Below, in pieces: positions 8,036 to 17,149 of a stretch of 37,199 nt of DNA (the stretch's first letter is position 1; each line of letters opens with the position of its first letter). The notes beneath the pieces were generated by a model. That model searched no databases. It saw only the letters and a program-made list of their open reading frames with translations, and had not been told where the DNA came from. This DNA is from a virus (taxonomy: Duplodnaviria; Caudoviricetes), in the IMG/VR virus record IMGVR_UViG_3300016659_000112, positions 1 to 37,199 of that record, one strand, 5' to 3'. Made by a program: the position numbers and the translations under genes.

Positions 8036-10746
8036 CAGGCGCGTCCTCCACTGGGTGAACCATAGCTGCGGCGGTTTTTATCGTGCTCGAAGCGCTCCAT
8101 CATTCGTATGAACTCGGCATAGCTCGCCTGCAGTCCTTGATTCACCTGTTCCATTACACCTGGTCCACCTGGCACATTGATTTGAGGCGAGAAATTCACC
8201 TCGATCTTTCCGCCGATGCCACCACCACCGCCCATCATGCTGGCCCTCGAAACGTCAGCGGGATTCGGTGGTGCCATGTTGACCCTGGATTGAGATGCCA
8301 TGCCCAGGGCTGCTTTTCGCACCAGGTCGGCCTGGCCGGTGATACCAAGGGCTGCGCCTTCACTGATATTGGCGCCATACCCCATAAACACCCGGCTGGG
8401 CGAGTGGATATCCAGGTCTCCGGTAAACCAGCTTTTAATTGACGATCCGAGGCCAACCACGGCGTCCTTCATCGCTGTCGCTTTGTTCCTGATGCCATTG
8501 ACCAGGCCATCAATGATCATGCTGCCGAACTCAGTGAACTTGCCTGGCAGTTCAATACCGAAGTAACTCATTACCCCCGAAAACGCTTTGTAGAACAGGC
8601 TCATGGGAGAGAAGTTGAGGATCAGTGTGGCAACACCGGCCAGACCACCATCAAATGCTTTCGGGATATCGCTGATACCTTCCAAAAGCCAGCGCACAGG
8701 CATTAACAGTGCCGACAGAACAGCGCCAACAGCCCGCCCGAACTCGATACCTGCCCATGTGGCGCGGCCCAATTCGTCACCCGTAACTTGCACTGGGCTG
8801 AACAGTTCACCGACCCAGGTGATCACCGGTTTGATGTACTCCCCCAGTTTTGCCAGCAAGGGCGCTACAGGAGCAAAGGCAGCTGAGAACGCATCACCTA
8901 TTGGTTTGAGTCCATCTTTCAGGCCGGTGAAAAAGCCAATCATTAGGGCTTTGAGTGGCTCCCAGTACTTATAAATAACCAACCCTGCGGCACCGATAGC
9001 AAGTGCGCCTACGGCAATTACACCAATGATCCAGCCTATTGGCGTTGCAGTAATAACCGCACCCAACACTGCCATAGCCCCGGACAACGCAGGTAATGCA
9101 GTTGTGAGCCCCGTGACACCAGCGATAAATGGCGCCAATCGGGCGGAGATTAGAGCGCTATTGAGCAAGGTGGCTTTGCCCGACAACACTGCCATGGTGG
9201 TGCCCATACCATTGAGCGCTGAAGCGCCAAGATTGACGCCGTATTTCAAGGCAATAAAGCCCAGTTTGAGTGCGACCAACCCTGCGAGAGTCTTGACGAC
9301 ACCGCTGACCAGGCCAGCGTTTTCTTCAGCCCATACCGAAAATGAACGTATCAGCGGGATAGCGGCTTTCGTGATGTCGAGTAATGCCGGGAGCAAAATA
9401 CCGCCCAGACTGATGCCGACATCCGCCAGGCCTATGGTTAATGCTTTGAGCTGTTCCTTGGGACTCCCCATGCGCTTTGCCCAGTCCAGATCCTGTACGC
9501 CTTTATCAGCCGCACCCATCCCGCCTTTTTGGATGCTGGCCTGTTCGTCCTGGTTGGCCAACGCAGGACGTACAAAGGACAGTACTTGCTGGTCGCGAAA
9601 AAGTTCGCCCAGTTTGTAGGCCTCATTCAAACGATCCAGTGCAATCTGCCGTTCCTGATCATCTTTGAGCGCCATGACACGCTGGAATCCAGCGGCTGCT
9701 GCTGGCCCTTTGGTGCTGGTGTACTTGGTGATGGTCGTCATCATGGCCTGCATCGGTGTCAGGCCCTGACTGATCAGGCCTCTCATCGTGTCTTGCAGGT
9801 CGATACCGGCGTCCGAAAACGCTTTTATGGTGTCGGGTGCGGTGATCTTGGAAAGGAAGTTTTTGAAGTTGTTGGCTGCTTCATCGTTGCTACCTGCGCC
9901 TTTACGGGCGATCTGTAATGAGGCGCCGATCTCGGCCACAGCCCGCTCGCCGGTAATGCCGAGGGCCGCAAACTGGGGTGTTAACTGTGGCAACCACTTG
10001 GCCATGTCTGCCAGTTCAAACTGCCCACGTTTACCGGCGTAGGCCAGGATGTTCATTGACCGCTCAAAGCCTGCCGCGCCAATGCCCAGGTTGTCATTCA
10101 GTGCAATAGCTACCGACCCTAGGTGCTCCATGCTGGCCCGTGTGGCCGTTGCCGACTTGGCCATCACGGGAGCATAGGCAGCTAACTCTTTCGAACTGGA
10201 AATGCCACCGGCAATCAAGACCCCTGTACCTGTGGCCACTTCGGTTTGGGTTTGATTCCAGCGCAATGCGGACTCACGCATGACGTTGCTGAGGCGTTTC
10301 TCTTCTCCCGCATCAAAATCGCCAGTAATGGCGATGTCACGCGTGCGGTCCTGGAAGTCAATCGCCTGGCGAAACGACTGGGCAATGGGAGCCCCGACCA
10401 CCGCTGCAGTGCCCAGGGTTTCGAGTGCCTGCCCGCGCAATTCGCCACGTTCGTTTTTCAACCGAGCGCCACGGGCCAGGCTCGTGTTGAGACGTTCCTG
10501 TTTGACCTTGAGTTGATCGATGGCACGCCCGACCTGGTCGTACTGCCGACGCAGGCGCTCGACGCCCGTACCGCCACGCGCCAGGGATGCCGCCAGCTCG
10601 GTGCCGATGAGTTTTTGTTTGGCTGTCAGACCATCCGTCGCACGACCGAGCTGTTGGACCGTCGATTTGGCCGACCCAAACGCAGCGCTCAAACTACCAG
10701 CGACCGTGGCGCCGATTTTTAACCCGACAAGAACTTCATTGGCCAT
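8035..10746 (-). CDS. Tail tape measure protein
   Basis: 903 aa, Ala/Gly-rich helical sequence with GKRGQFELADMAKWLP core, hydrophobic middle and LDIHSPSRVF motif. Confidence 0.95.
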   Translation of the reverse strand: MANEVLVGLKIGATVAGSLSAAFGSAKSTVQQLGRATDGLTAKQKLIGTELAASLARGGTGVERLRRQYDQVGRAIDQLKVKQERLNTSLARGARLKNERGELRGQALETLGTAAVVGAPIAQSFRQAIDFQDRTRDIAITGDFDAGEEKRLSNVMRESALRWNQTQTEVATGTGVLIAGGISSSKELAAYAPVMAKSATATRASMEHLGSVAIALNDNLGIGAAGFERSMNILAYAGKRGQFELADMAKWLPQLTPQFAALGITGERAVAEIGASLQIARKGAGSNDEAANNFKNFLSKITAPDTIKAFSDAGIDLQDTMRGLISQGLTPMQAMMTTITKYTSTKGPAAAAGFQRVMALKDDQERQIALDRLNEAYKLGELFRDQQVLSFVRPALANQDEQASIQKGGMGAADKGVQDLDWAKRMGSPKEQLKALTIGLADVGISLGGILLPALLDITKAAIPLIRSFSVWAEENAGLVSGVVKTLAGLVALKLGFIALKYGVNLGASALNGMGTTMAVLSGKATLLNSALISARLAPFIAGVTGLTTALPALSGAMAVLGAVITATPIGWIIGVIAVGALAIGAAGLVIYKYWEPLKALMIGFFTGLKDGLKPIGDAFSAAFAPVAPLLAKLGEYIKPVITWVGELFSPVQVTGDELGRATWAGIEFGRAVGAVLSALLMPVRWLLEGISDIPKAFDGGLAGVATLILNFSPMSLFYKAFSGVMSYFGIELPGKFTEFGSMIIDGLVNGIRNKATAMKDAVVGLGSSIKSWFTGDLDIHSPSRVFMGYGANISEGAALGITGQADLVRKAALGMASQSRVNMAPPNPADVSRASMMGGGGGIGGKIEVNFSPQINVPGGPGVMEQVNQGLQASYAEFIRMMERFEHDKNRRSYGSPSGGRA

Positions 10747-10781
10747 GGCATGCCCAGCTATTTATATAGAAAGAGGAAGGT

Positions 10782-10804
10782 GTGTCGCCCGATGCGGGCG
10801 ACAC
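10782..10804. other. Perfect 9-bp hairpin between the chaperone and tape measure genes
   Basis: GTGTCGCCC-GATGC-GGGCGACAC, followed on the minus strand by a pyrimidine-rich stretch but no clean U run. Confidence 0.5.
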
Positions 10805-10831
10805 GACATTGCGCGAGGGAATGTGACCGGG

Positions 10832-10981
10832 TTACTGCTTGTTCATTTGCTCAATCCGACGATTGATCTCGCGCTCACACGACTCAACCCAGCGCCAGTA
10901 ATCCTCCATGTCAAGCTGCGCTATCTCCGACGGTTGCATCTTTAGCACCATCAGCAATGCTTCGTCCCAGGACTGCAGCAA
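10832..10981 (-). CDS. Tail assembly chaperone second frame (P2 gpE'-like; frameshift product or small separate gene)
   Basis: LLQSWDEALLMVLKMQPSEIAQLDMEDYWRW resembles gpE'-type segments; overlaps the chaperone 3' end in the +1/-2 frame. Start is uncertain. Confidence 0.7.
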   Translation of the reverse strand: MLQSWDEALLMVLKMQPSEIAQLDMEDYWRWVESCEREINRRIEQMNKQ

Positions 10982-11240
10982 GGTCTCCTCCAGTGGACAT
11001 TTCCCGCAACACCTCGGTGGCTGACTTCGAGTCAGCAATGTCGAACTCGCCCAGATCTTCCAGGGTGATGCCAAACATCTTGGCGATCAGCATGTCTTCC
11101 AGGACGCCTTCATCCTTGGTCGATGCTTGGGCCTGGCTGATGTCTTTGCGCTTGAGGCGTTTGATAGGAACAGAATTCAGCTGTACGCCAGCAGCAGTTT
11201 TGAAGGGGAACTTGAGGGTGAAGGTCAGTTTGTCGGCCAC
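10911..11240 (-). CDS. Tail assembly chaperone (Mu gp41 / P2 gpE-like)
   Basis: FTLKFPF..IKRLKRKDI..GITLEDLGEFDIADS; GTG start after GGAG; lies between tube and tape measure genes. Confidence 0.85.
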   Translation of the reverse strand: MADKLTFTLKFPFKTAAGVQLNSVPIKRLKRKDISQAQASTKDEGVLEDMLIAKMFGITLEDLGEFDIADSKSATEVLREMSTGGDLAAVLGRSIADGAKDATVGDSAA

Positions 11241-11279
11241 GTTTGTAACTCCAGGTTGGATTGCTCTATGAGAGCCCTG

Positions 11280-11325
11280 AGTGTCGCGCCTGGCCGTGGC
11301 GCTGGCTTTTAATCGAGTTTAAAGA
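11280..11325 (-). promoter_or_regulatory. Putative activator-dependent late promoter 3 (dyad 11306-11325; -10-like GACACT)
   Basis: Exact copy CTTTTAATCGAGTTTAAAGA with the same 20-nt spacer to xAxxxT. Confidence 0.7.
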
Positions 11326-11383
11326 GAAAGTGATTCTGTCTAGGGCCGAAGAGAGCCCTACCAATCACCAGAGGAGACAGGAT

Positions 11384-11695
11384 ATGAGTGCAGACAACAG
11401 CGCGAGATTTAATGAGCTTTCAAAGCAGGTGATTGACCTGGTGGTGGGTTCTTGTCCTTTACCCCTGGAAATCAAAGCTGAGACCCTCAATCTCCCGAGG
11501 GGTAGCGTTAGTTCAGCCCCAAGTGGGTTTTCCGGTGGATTCTACAATCCTAGCCCTGAAGAGGAGATGCTGGACAGCACGTTAGAGTGGCTTTCTGCCG
11601 AGGGTTTTATTAGGAAGTGCAGCACGAATTACTATACGGCAACGCTGCGGACCCTAAAAATCTACAACTCGGTACCTAATGCTATTACCGAGTAG
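11384..11695 (+). CDS. Counter-oriented cargo gene, 103-aa hypothetical protein (possible winged helix)
   Basis: GAGGAG/ACAGGA before ATG 11384 and its own terminator. EEEMLDSTLEWLSAEGFIR..YYTAT resembles a wHTH recognition helix plus wing. Confidence 0.7.
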   Translation: MSADNSARFNELSKQVIDLVVGSCPLPLEIKAETLNLPRGSVSSAPSGFSGGFYNPSPEEEMLDSTLEWLSAEGFIRKCSTNYYTATLRTLKIYNSVPNAITE

Positions 11696-11719
11696 GAAGT
11701 CCGGCTCTTTATTTAGTGG

Positions 11720-11750
11720 AAGGCATTTTGCTTAGCAAAATGCCTTTTTT
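11720..11750 (+). terminator. Rho-independent terminator (possibly bidirectional)
   Basis: AAGGCATTTTGC-TTA-GCAAAATGCCTT then a T run, between the convergent cargo and tube genes. Confidence 0.85.
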
Positions 11751-11754
11751 CACT

Positions 11755-12279
11755 TTATGCCTGCCCGATGTTCTGCCGGTACTTGGCCAACTGATCCTGA
11801 CCACCCACCTTGAAGATGTTGGCCAAGTAGTCGAGCAACACCACCTCTTCGCCATTCAGGATCTGGCGCACATAGGTTGCCGAGAACGGTACTTCAAACT
11901 TGCTCGGGTCACGAGGTTTGAAACTACCCAGGGCGTATTCCTTGAACATGACGGTCATCAACGTCACCAGGGGAATTTCGTCTACCAGGCCCGCGCTGTT
12001 AAAAACCTGGACGTTGGAGCGACATTGCAGTTGTACGGTCTTGAACGGCGTGGCCATCTTTTTGGCCGATTCGACGTAAAGACTGTTCCAGGTAATCTTG
12101 CCCTCCAGTTTATCGATCCCGTCCGGCAGTTCGATCAGGCCGACCATACCCAGCCCCTGAAAGTCACTCATCACGGTTTTGACCGAGCCCAGGTCGATCT
12201 CCTCGCAACGACCGAAGAAACTGGCACCGTCCAGATAGACCGCTGCGTTGGTGATGCGATGTGCGCTAAAACCAGCCAT
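11755..12279 (-). CDS. Major tail tube protein (P2 FII-like)
   Basis: 174 aa directly after the sheath gene; GMVGLIELPDGIDKLE and LANIFKVGGQDQLAKYRQNIG motifs. Confidence 0.92.
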   Translation of the reverse strand: MAGFSAHRITNAAVYLDGASFFGRCEEIDLGSVKTVMSDFQGLGMVGLIELPDGIDKLEGKITWNSLYVESAKKMATPFKTVQLQCRSNVQVFNSAGLVDEIPLVTLMTVMFKEYALGSFKPRDPSKFEVPFSATYVRQILNGEEVVLLDYLANIFKVGGQDQLAKYRQNIGQA

Positions 12280-13701
12280 TTATGCGGCCCCCAAGTTGAC
12301 CAGGTATTCCCCAGTGATTTCGGTTTCGAAGGTGCCGCGCTCGAATGGCGGCGGTACGGTGAGTTTGTAACTGAACAGCACGTGGCCCTGTTCCAGCTCG
12401 GTCTGCGGGTTGCGCGCTGGGTCGTACCAGCATTCACCACCCAGTAGCGCCTGATCGCCGATCAACTTGCGCAGGAACTGATTGACGCTTTCGGTGATGC
12501 TGTCGATCAAAGCGTTGGTGATCGGCTGGTCGACGAACTGCAGCGAGCTGTAGCGGATCGATTCGTCGACGATGTCCTTGGTGCGCCGGACGTTTTCGAA
12601 GTTGCGCATGTGAGTCACGGTAGGCCAAGCCGCCGTGCGATTACCCCAAAGGCGCAAGCCGGTGCCAAACGAGTTGAACACGGTGGTGATCCCGTTTTCA
12701 TTGAGGAGGTTGACCTCGCTGCTGGCATCGTCGATCCGTGCAGTCAGTGGACGCTCCAGGCCGATCACACCCAGAAGTTCCTGGTTGGAGCTGCTCCACC
12801 AATAGCCTTTATCGTTATCCACCTTGGCGCGCAAACCCGCTGCCCGTATCGACAACGGTTGTAGGCGCTCACCATTGGTCCGGGCGTCGTACACCTTGAC
12901 GTGCGGATAGCACAAGCGAACGCGGTCGCTGCTGGTGTTGAAGTTGAGGGTACCCGCTGGACCGCGCCCGGCAACCACCTGCTGCACGGTGCTACCAATT
13001 GGCGCATCGATATACGCCACAGCACTCAATTGTGTGGCAGCGGCGATGAGTTCGACGCTGACCGCGTTGAGTGTGCTGAAGCCTGGCGCGATGAAGATTT
13101 TCGGGAAAAAACCCAACTGGTTGTAACTGTCCTGGAAGGCCTTCAAACCGGTGCGCAAACCCGCCGCATTCACGGTACCAATGATGTCAGCAGCGGTGAC
13201 CTTGCTTGGATCGGAATAGGTGTAATCGGCTTTAACCGCACCTTTGGCAGGAATTAAACCGGTCACGAGTCGTTTCACCTGACCGGTCAGCATATCAACC
13301 GTATAGTCAGTACCCAGCACGTAGGTGTCACCGGCTTCGGGCTTGAGCACCAGCGATTGCAGAGCACCATATTCCAACTGCAGCAGGTCATTATCACCGA
13401 ACGCTTTTTCCTCTGCGACGATGCTGGTGTGGTGAACTGTCGGATCGAGCACGTTGATCACCAGCACCGTTCCGGCGCCGAAGTCGTAGATACCGTCCAA
13501 GGCTTCGGGAATGCTGAACCCTGGCAGATCCGGGCCGAATTTGGCGCCGTCGGTCTCATTCAGGGACAGCGTCAGGGTGTTCACTGGTCCCATCGGTGCG
13601 GTGCCGATCAGGGCAATCACGGCGGACTTGACCACCCTGATGGCGCGAGGGCCACGTTCGACTTCGGTGGTTTCAATACCGTGCAGGTAGTTAGCTGGCA
13701 T
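12280..13701 (-). CDS. Contractile tail sheath protein (P2 FI-like)
   Basis: YLHGIET..SAVIALIGTAP, PKIFIAPGFS, GYWWSSSN, GLRLWGNRT and NVRRT motifs; start at ATG 13701 after AAGGAG. Confidence 0.95.
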   Translation of the reverse strand: MPANYLHGIETTEVERGPRAIRVVKSAVIALIGTAPMGPVNTLTLSLNETDGAKFGPDLPGFSIPEALDGIYDFGAGTVLVINVLDPTVHHTSIVAEEKAFGDNDLLQLEYGALQSLVLKPEAGDTYVLGTDYTVDMLTGQVKRLVTGLIPAKGAVKADYTYSDPSKVTAADIIGTVNAAGLRTGLKAFQDSYNQLGFFPKIFIAPGFSTLNAVSVELIAAATQLSAVAYIDAPIGSTVQQVVAGRGPAGTLNFNTSSDRVRLCYPHVKVYDARTNGERLQPLSIRAAGLRAKVDNDKGYWWSSSNQELLGVIGLERPLTARIDDASSEVNLLNENGITTVFNSFGTGLRLWGNRTAAWPTVTHMRNFENVRRTKDIVDESIRYSSLQFVDQPITNALIDSITESVNQFLRKLIGDQALLGGECWYDPARNPQTELEQGHVLFSYKLTVPPPFERGTFETEITGEYLVNLGAA

Positions 13702-13963
13702 CGGATCTTGCTCCTTTCTTCCCACTAGACGGTGGGCTGTCGGTGACGGCTGGCGTTACCGGTTGAACAGCCGCTGGGGTTTGTTCTACCGGTGCTTCCA
13801 CCAGGTGTTTGAGTGCCAACAACACACGGGTGTACTCGTGTTTAGCCGGCAGCTCGACGGGCTTGTTGTGCAGCAGCTGCACATCCAACAGATCGGCGGA
13901 GTCTTCAACACGCAAACACGCTGCGCTTTGAGGCCCTAAATAAATGTATCGGGTTAAGTTCAC
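13691..13963 (-). CDS. Small hypothetical virion-region protein upstream of the sheath gene
   Basis: 90-aa ORF overlapping both neighbours; GTG start with GAGG. Confidence 0.7.
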   Translation of the reverse strand: MNLTRYIYLGPQSAACLRVEDSADLLDVQLLHNKPVELPAKHEYTRVLLALKHLVEAPVEQTPAAVQPVTPAVTDSPPSSGKKGARSDAS

Positions 13964-14448
13964 GGGATTTCCTCAAAGGTGAGATTGCTCAGCAGCGCAC
14001 CTTGGTCGGGGACCATGGACTGCAGCTGAGTAGCGCGAGTGGAAAAGTCTTGTGCGTATTGCCAGATACCTTCCCGATGACCAATGAACTGCTCGGACAC
14101 GGGACGACATGCCATGTCGCAGTGCGGTGCATACCAACCGGTCAAGCAAGTGCGAATACGGTCGAGGTAGGTGACAACGCCGTCCTTGCCGTTGAGCTCG
14201 CGAAACACCAGGGTCAAACGGATGACAATGTTGCGTGCCTGGAACACCGCATCGGTGCCTTCAGAACCACCAAAGGTCGATCTGCCATAGGCCAACAAAA
14301 TCGCACCGACCGGATGGTTCAATCGGTACTGCATCGGATTTTCAGGGAACAATTCAACGGCCATTTCATCGCCGAACTGCGTCTGCAATCGCTCCAACAT
14401 TGCACTCAGCAACGCCTCGGTTTGGGTCTGCTCAGGGGGAGTGGTCAT
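13960..14448 (-). CDS. Mu gp37-like tail completion protein
   Basis: VELFPENPMQYRLNHPVGAILLAY motif; follows the gp36-like gene; ATGA overlap. Confidence 0.8.
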   Translation of the reverse strand: MTTPPEQTQTEALLSAMLERLQTQFGDEMAVELFPENPMQYRLNHPVGAILLAYGRSTFGGSEGTDAVFQARNIVIRLTLVFRELNGKDGVVTYLDRIRTCLTGWYAPHCDMACRPVSEQFIGHREGIWQYAQDFSTRATQLQSMVPDQGALLSNLTFEEIP

Positions 14449-14879
14449 TTGTAACGCCCCCACATATCGGAACCAAATTGCTGAGAGCGGGCGCGAACGC
14501 GAATCTCACCTGGCTCCGGTGCCGCCGCACCACTGGGCATGCCGAGAGTCACCACACCATCACGGATGCTCTCCAGCAGCTTGATGGTGTCCTTGCGGTT
14601 GTCCTTCACCGAGTCCGGCAGCGCCCCTTCAGGACGGCGCTGGTACAGCCAGTGCCGTGCCAGGTAAACCACTGCATCACGCAATACCGTCGGTACCGGG
14701 TTGAGCGGCAAGTCGTAACGACCGCGTAGATAGCCGTCGACAAGCTCTTCGGCCTGGCGCACACCGTCCTCGATCACGACTTCATTCGGCTGTCTGGCTG
14801 CTGGATCGTCGTTGGAGAGCTGGATCAATGTCCGCTCGGGCATGGCGTTGCCGATATCGGCGCGAGTGCAGTAGCGCAT
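14445..14879 (-). CDS. Mu gp36-like head-tail adaptor (DUF1320)
   Basis: MRYCTRADI..LVDGYLRGRYDLPL..LARHWLYQRRP..IKLLESIRDG. Confidence 0.88.
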   Translation of the reverse strand: MRYCTRADIGNAMPERTLIQLSNDDPAARQPNEVVIEDGVRQAEELVDGYLRGRYDLPLNPVPTVLRDAVVYLARHWLYQRRPEGALPDSVKDNRKDTIKLLESIRDGVVTLGMPSGAAAPEPGEIRVRARSQQFGSDMWGRYK

Positions 14880-14886
14880 GGCGACC

Positions 14887-15219
14887 TCAGATTCCCCGGA
14901 CGATACGAATGACATCACCCGCAGCCGTGGCCGCGTCCATGGCCACGCCGTTGGAAATACCTGCAGCCAGTGTCACCGCACGACCTTCAGCATCAGACTC
15001 GACCTGGACACCGGCAGCGACGGCGCCACCGCTGATGACCAAGCAAATGCCCAATACGTTAATCGGTGCCACGTTATCCGCTTGGGTATCCGCCTCGACG
15101 GTGCCCAGGGCCTTGAGACCGGCGCCGCAGAGACCACCGGTAAAGCCCGCAAAGCGATAGCGCGGGAGGTCAGTCACGGCGACCATAGAGGTCGTTAAAA
15201 CAGGTTGTTGTGTCTTCAT
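14887..15219 (-). CDS. Capsid cement/decoration protein (DUF2190-like)
   Basis: Small Gly/Ala/Val-rich protein GGAVAAGVQVESDAEGRAV..GVAMDAATAAGDVIRI downstream of the capsid gene. Confidence 0.8.
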   Translation of the reverse strand: MKTQQPVLTTSMVAVTDLPRYRFAGFTGGLCGAGLKALGTVEADTQADNVAPINVLGICLVISGGAVAAGVQVESDAEGRAVTLAAGISNGVAMDAATAAGDVIRIVRGI

Positions 15220-15728
15220 TGGTTGAACTCCTGAATCGGTTCGATGATGAGTCGCTGCAACAAAGGGAATGCCTCTGTTTCACCCAAAGAAATGCCATCG
15301 CCTGTGTGGTACCACTTGCCGTTGTGCAGTACCGACGACACATCCGTCACGTTGTAGCGCGACAGTTGAACGACCTCTTCCAACGGCGGCTGTAGCAGTG
15401 CACCTGGAGCTATGTTTTGGCCCTGCTCTTGCGACAGGAGGGACGCCAACGCACTGTCGTCCTGATTGAGCGTTGAGTCCGGCGCGAGTGCTGATGCTGC
15501 CGGGGTTTCTGGCACGACATCGCCATGCAACAGCTCGTTTACCAATCCCTGGTCGTCGGTCGAAGGCAATACGCTGTCGGCCTGGTGAAATGTCGGCTCG
15601 ACTGCAGACGTCGACACTGCAGGATCAACCGGCAAGGCAGCATCCTGCTGCGAGTCATTGACCGAACCCAGGTCATCGACCGACGCCGAGGGCGCGGCCT
15701 TGTCCTTAGTGGGGGTTTTAGTCGCCAT
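15216..15728 (-). CDS. Hypothetical head-region protein: acidic disordered N-terminus plus small C-terminal domain
   Basis: 170 aa with RBS GAGG; C-terminal YNVTDVSSVLHNGKWYHTGDGISL domain. Confidence 0.7.
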   Translation of the reverse strand: MATKTPTKDKAAPSASVDDLGSVNDSQQDAALPVDPAVSTSAVEPTFHQADSVLPSTDDQGLVNELLHGDVVPETPAASALAPDSTLNQDDSALASLLSQEQGQNIAPGALLQPPLEEVVQLSRYNVTDVSSVLHNGKWYHTGDGISLGETEAFPLLQRLIIEPIQEFNQ

Positions 15729-15736
15729 GGCTCACC

Positions 15737-16660
15737 TCAACCGTTGATGTCGGAGATCAGGTAACCGGCATCCGCGCCGACCACCACAGGCTTATAGATG
15801 TCGGTGTTACGCACGAAACGCACCTTGCCGCCAGCGGTGTCGTAGGTGTCGATCTCCGGCATGCCTTTGCGACGCAGCGTGTAACCAAAACTTGGCTCTT
15901 CGTAGTCGGCGTTTGCACCTGACATTGGCTTGGCCACGTAGGCCAAGGTCATGTTGTCGCCCCAGATGTCGGAGGTATTACTGACACCGGCCAGGGCCTC
16001 ACCGATATAGATGTTCTCGATGCCGAACAGCGCCTTGAGGTGTTCAAGGGTGATCAGCTTGCGCTCTTGAGAGCCCAGCGCTTCCTGGAGCTTGGGGTGG
16101 AATTTCAACGACTGATACACCGAGGCACCCATGGTGATGGTGTTCGGACGGATACCGATGCGAGCACGCACCACCTCCTTGCCGGCCTCCACCACGGCAA
16201 TAGGATCACCACCGCCGCTGCTCCATTGGCTGGAGCCAGACAGCGTTACCTTGTTGCCTGCCGGGAAGGTGCCAGGATTCTGTGCCAGCTTGGCGCAGGT
16301 CACTTCACGACGCAGATCAATCACGTTCACCACACGGCGCGAAGCACGGGCTTCAGCATCGAACATGGATTCGTTCTGTTCGCGGTAGTCCACGGGATAG
16401 GCGATATCATGCTCACGCAGGACAACGTCCAGTCCGTCCAGGTCATCCGGGGTCATGAGGTTGGACTGGGCACGAATGGCGCGCTCAGTGTCGTAGACCT
16501 CAAAGGCTTCCTTGCCAAACAGCGGAATAATCCCCGCCTCCTTATCCATCAGCGCAATGGGAAACAGCCACTCGCCGATAAACTGGGCGTTGCGATAGCC
16601 TCGCGCCAAGTTGGTGAGAACGGGGTCAACGACCCGCAGTGCCTTCAAACGATCAGCCAT
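15737..16660 (-). CDS. Major capsid protein
   Basis: 307 aa after the protease/scaffold gene; VDPVLTNLARGYRN N-terminus and GADAGYLISD C-terminus. Confidence 0.9.
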   Translation of the reverse strand: MADRLKALRVVDPVLTNLARGYRNAQFIGEWLFPIALMDKEAGIIPLFGKEAFEVYDTERAIRAQSNLMTPDDLDGLDVVLREHDIAYPVDYREQNESMFDAEARASRRVVNVIDLRREVTCAKLAQNPGTFPAGNKVTLSGSSQWSSGGGDPIAVVEAGKEVVRARIGIRPNTITMGASVYQSLKFHPKLQEALGSQERKLITLEHLKALFGIENIYIGEALAGVSNTSDIWGDNMTLAYVAKPMSGANADYEEPSFGYTLRRKGMPEIDTYDTAGGKVRFVRNTDIYKPVVVGADAGYLISDING

Positions 16661-16672
16661 GATGACTCCTAG

Positions 16673-17149
16673 TTACTTGACGAGCTGGCGAACTGCCGAC
16701 TCGTAGGGAATGTTTTTCTCGGCAGCCAGAGCGGTCGCACGGTTGTGCAAACCGAGGCGGTCGGGGTCGGTATTTTTCTCGGCGAACTCCAGATCCATCG
16801 GTGAGTTACCGTCGCCCTTGCGGTCCTTGCTTGCCTGTTCAGCAAAGTCAATTTGCTTGGGCAGATCGTTGAAGATCGCCTTCAGCCCATCGACAACTGG
16901 CGCTCGCTGATCGCCCTCACCAAATTCCAGCGGGGTGTCGCCGGCTTCGGCGAAGTCCAGGACGGCGATCAAGGCTTCCGCGTGCTTAGGCAGCAAACGA
17001 CCCGCGCTGACCAAGCCTTCGGCGAACGCCAAATTAGCGGTGTGCCGAGTCGCTGCAGCGTCATTGCGTTCCTTCGTTTGATGTTGCTCAACCAGGGTTG
17101 AGAGACGTTTGTTCTCCGCCTCCAGGGCGGTTTTCTCGGCCTCAGTCAC
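16673..17149 (-). CDS. Putative internal in-frame scaffold protein (Mu gpZ-like)
   Basis: GAGGA RBS 8 nt before in-frame GTG 17149, just after a Pro-rich linker and before a coiled-coil region. Confidence 0.55.
   Translation of the reverse strand: MTEAEKTALEAENKRLSTLVEQHQTKERNDAAATRHTANLAFAEGLVSAGRLLPKHAEALIAVLDFAEAGDTPLEFGEGDQRAPVVDGLKAIFNDLPKQIDFAEQASKDRKGDGNSPMDLEFAEKNTDPDRLGLHNRATALAAEKNIPYESAVRQLVK

Noticed and set aside
11716-12447. 243-aa + strand ORF
   Set aside because: Antisense shadow of the tube and sheath genes, starting inside a terminator region; typical of GC-rich coding DNA.
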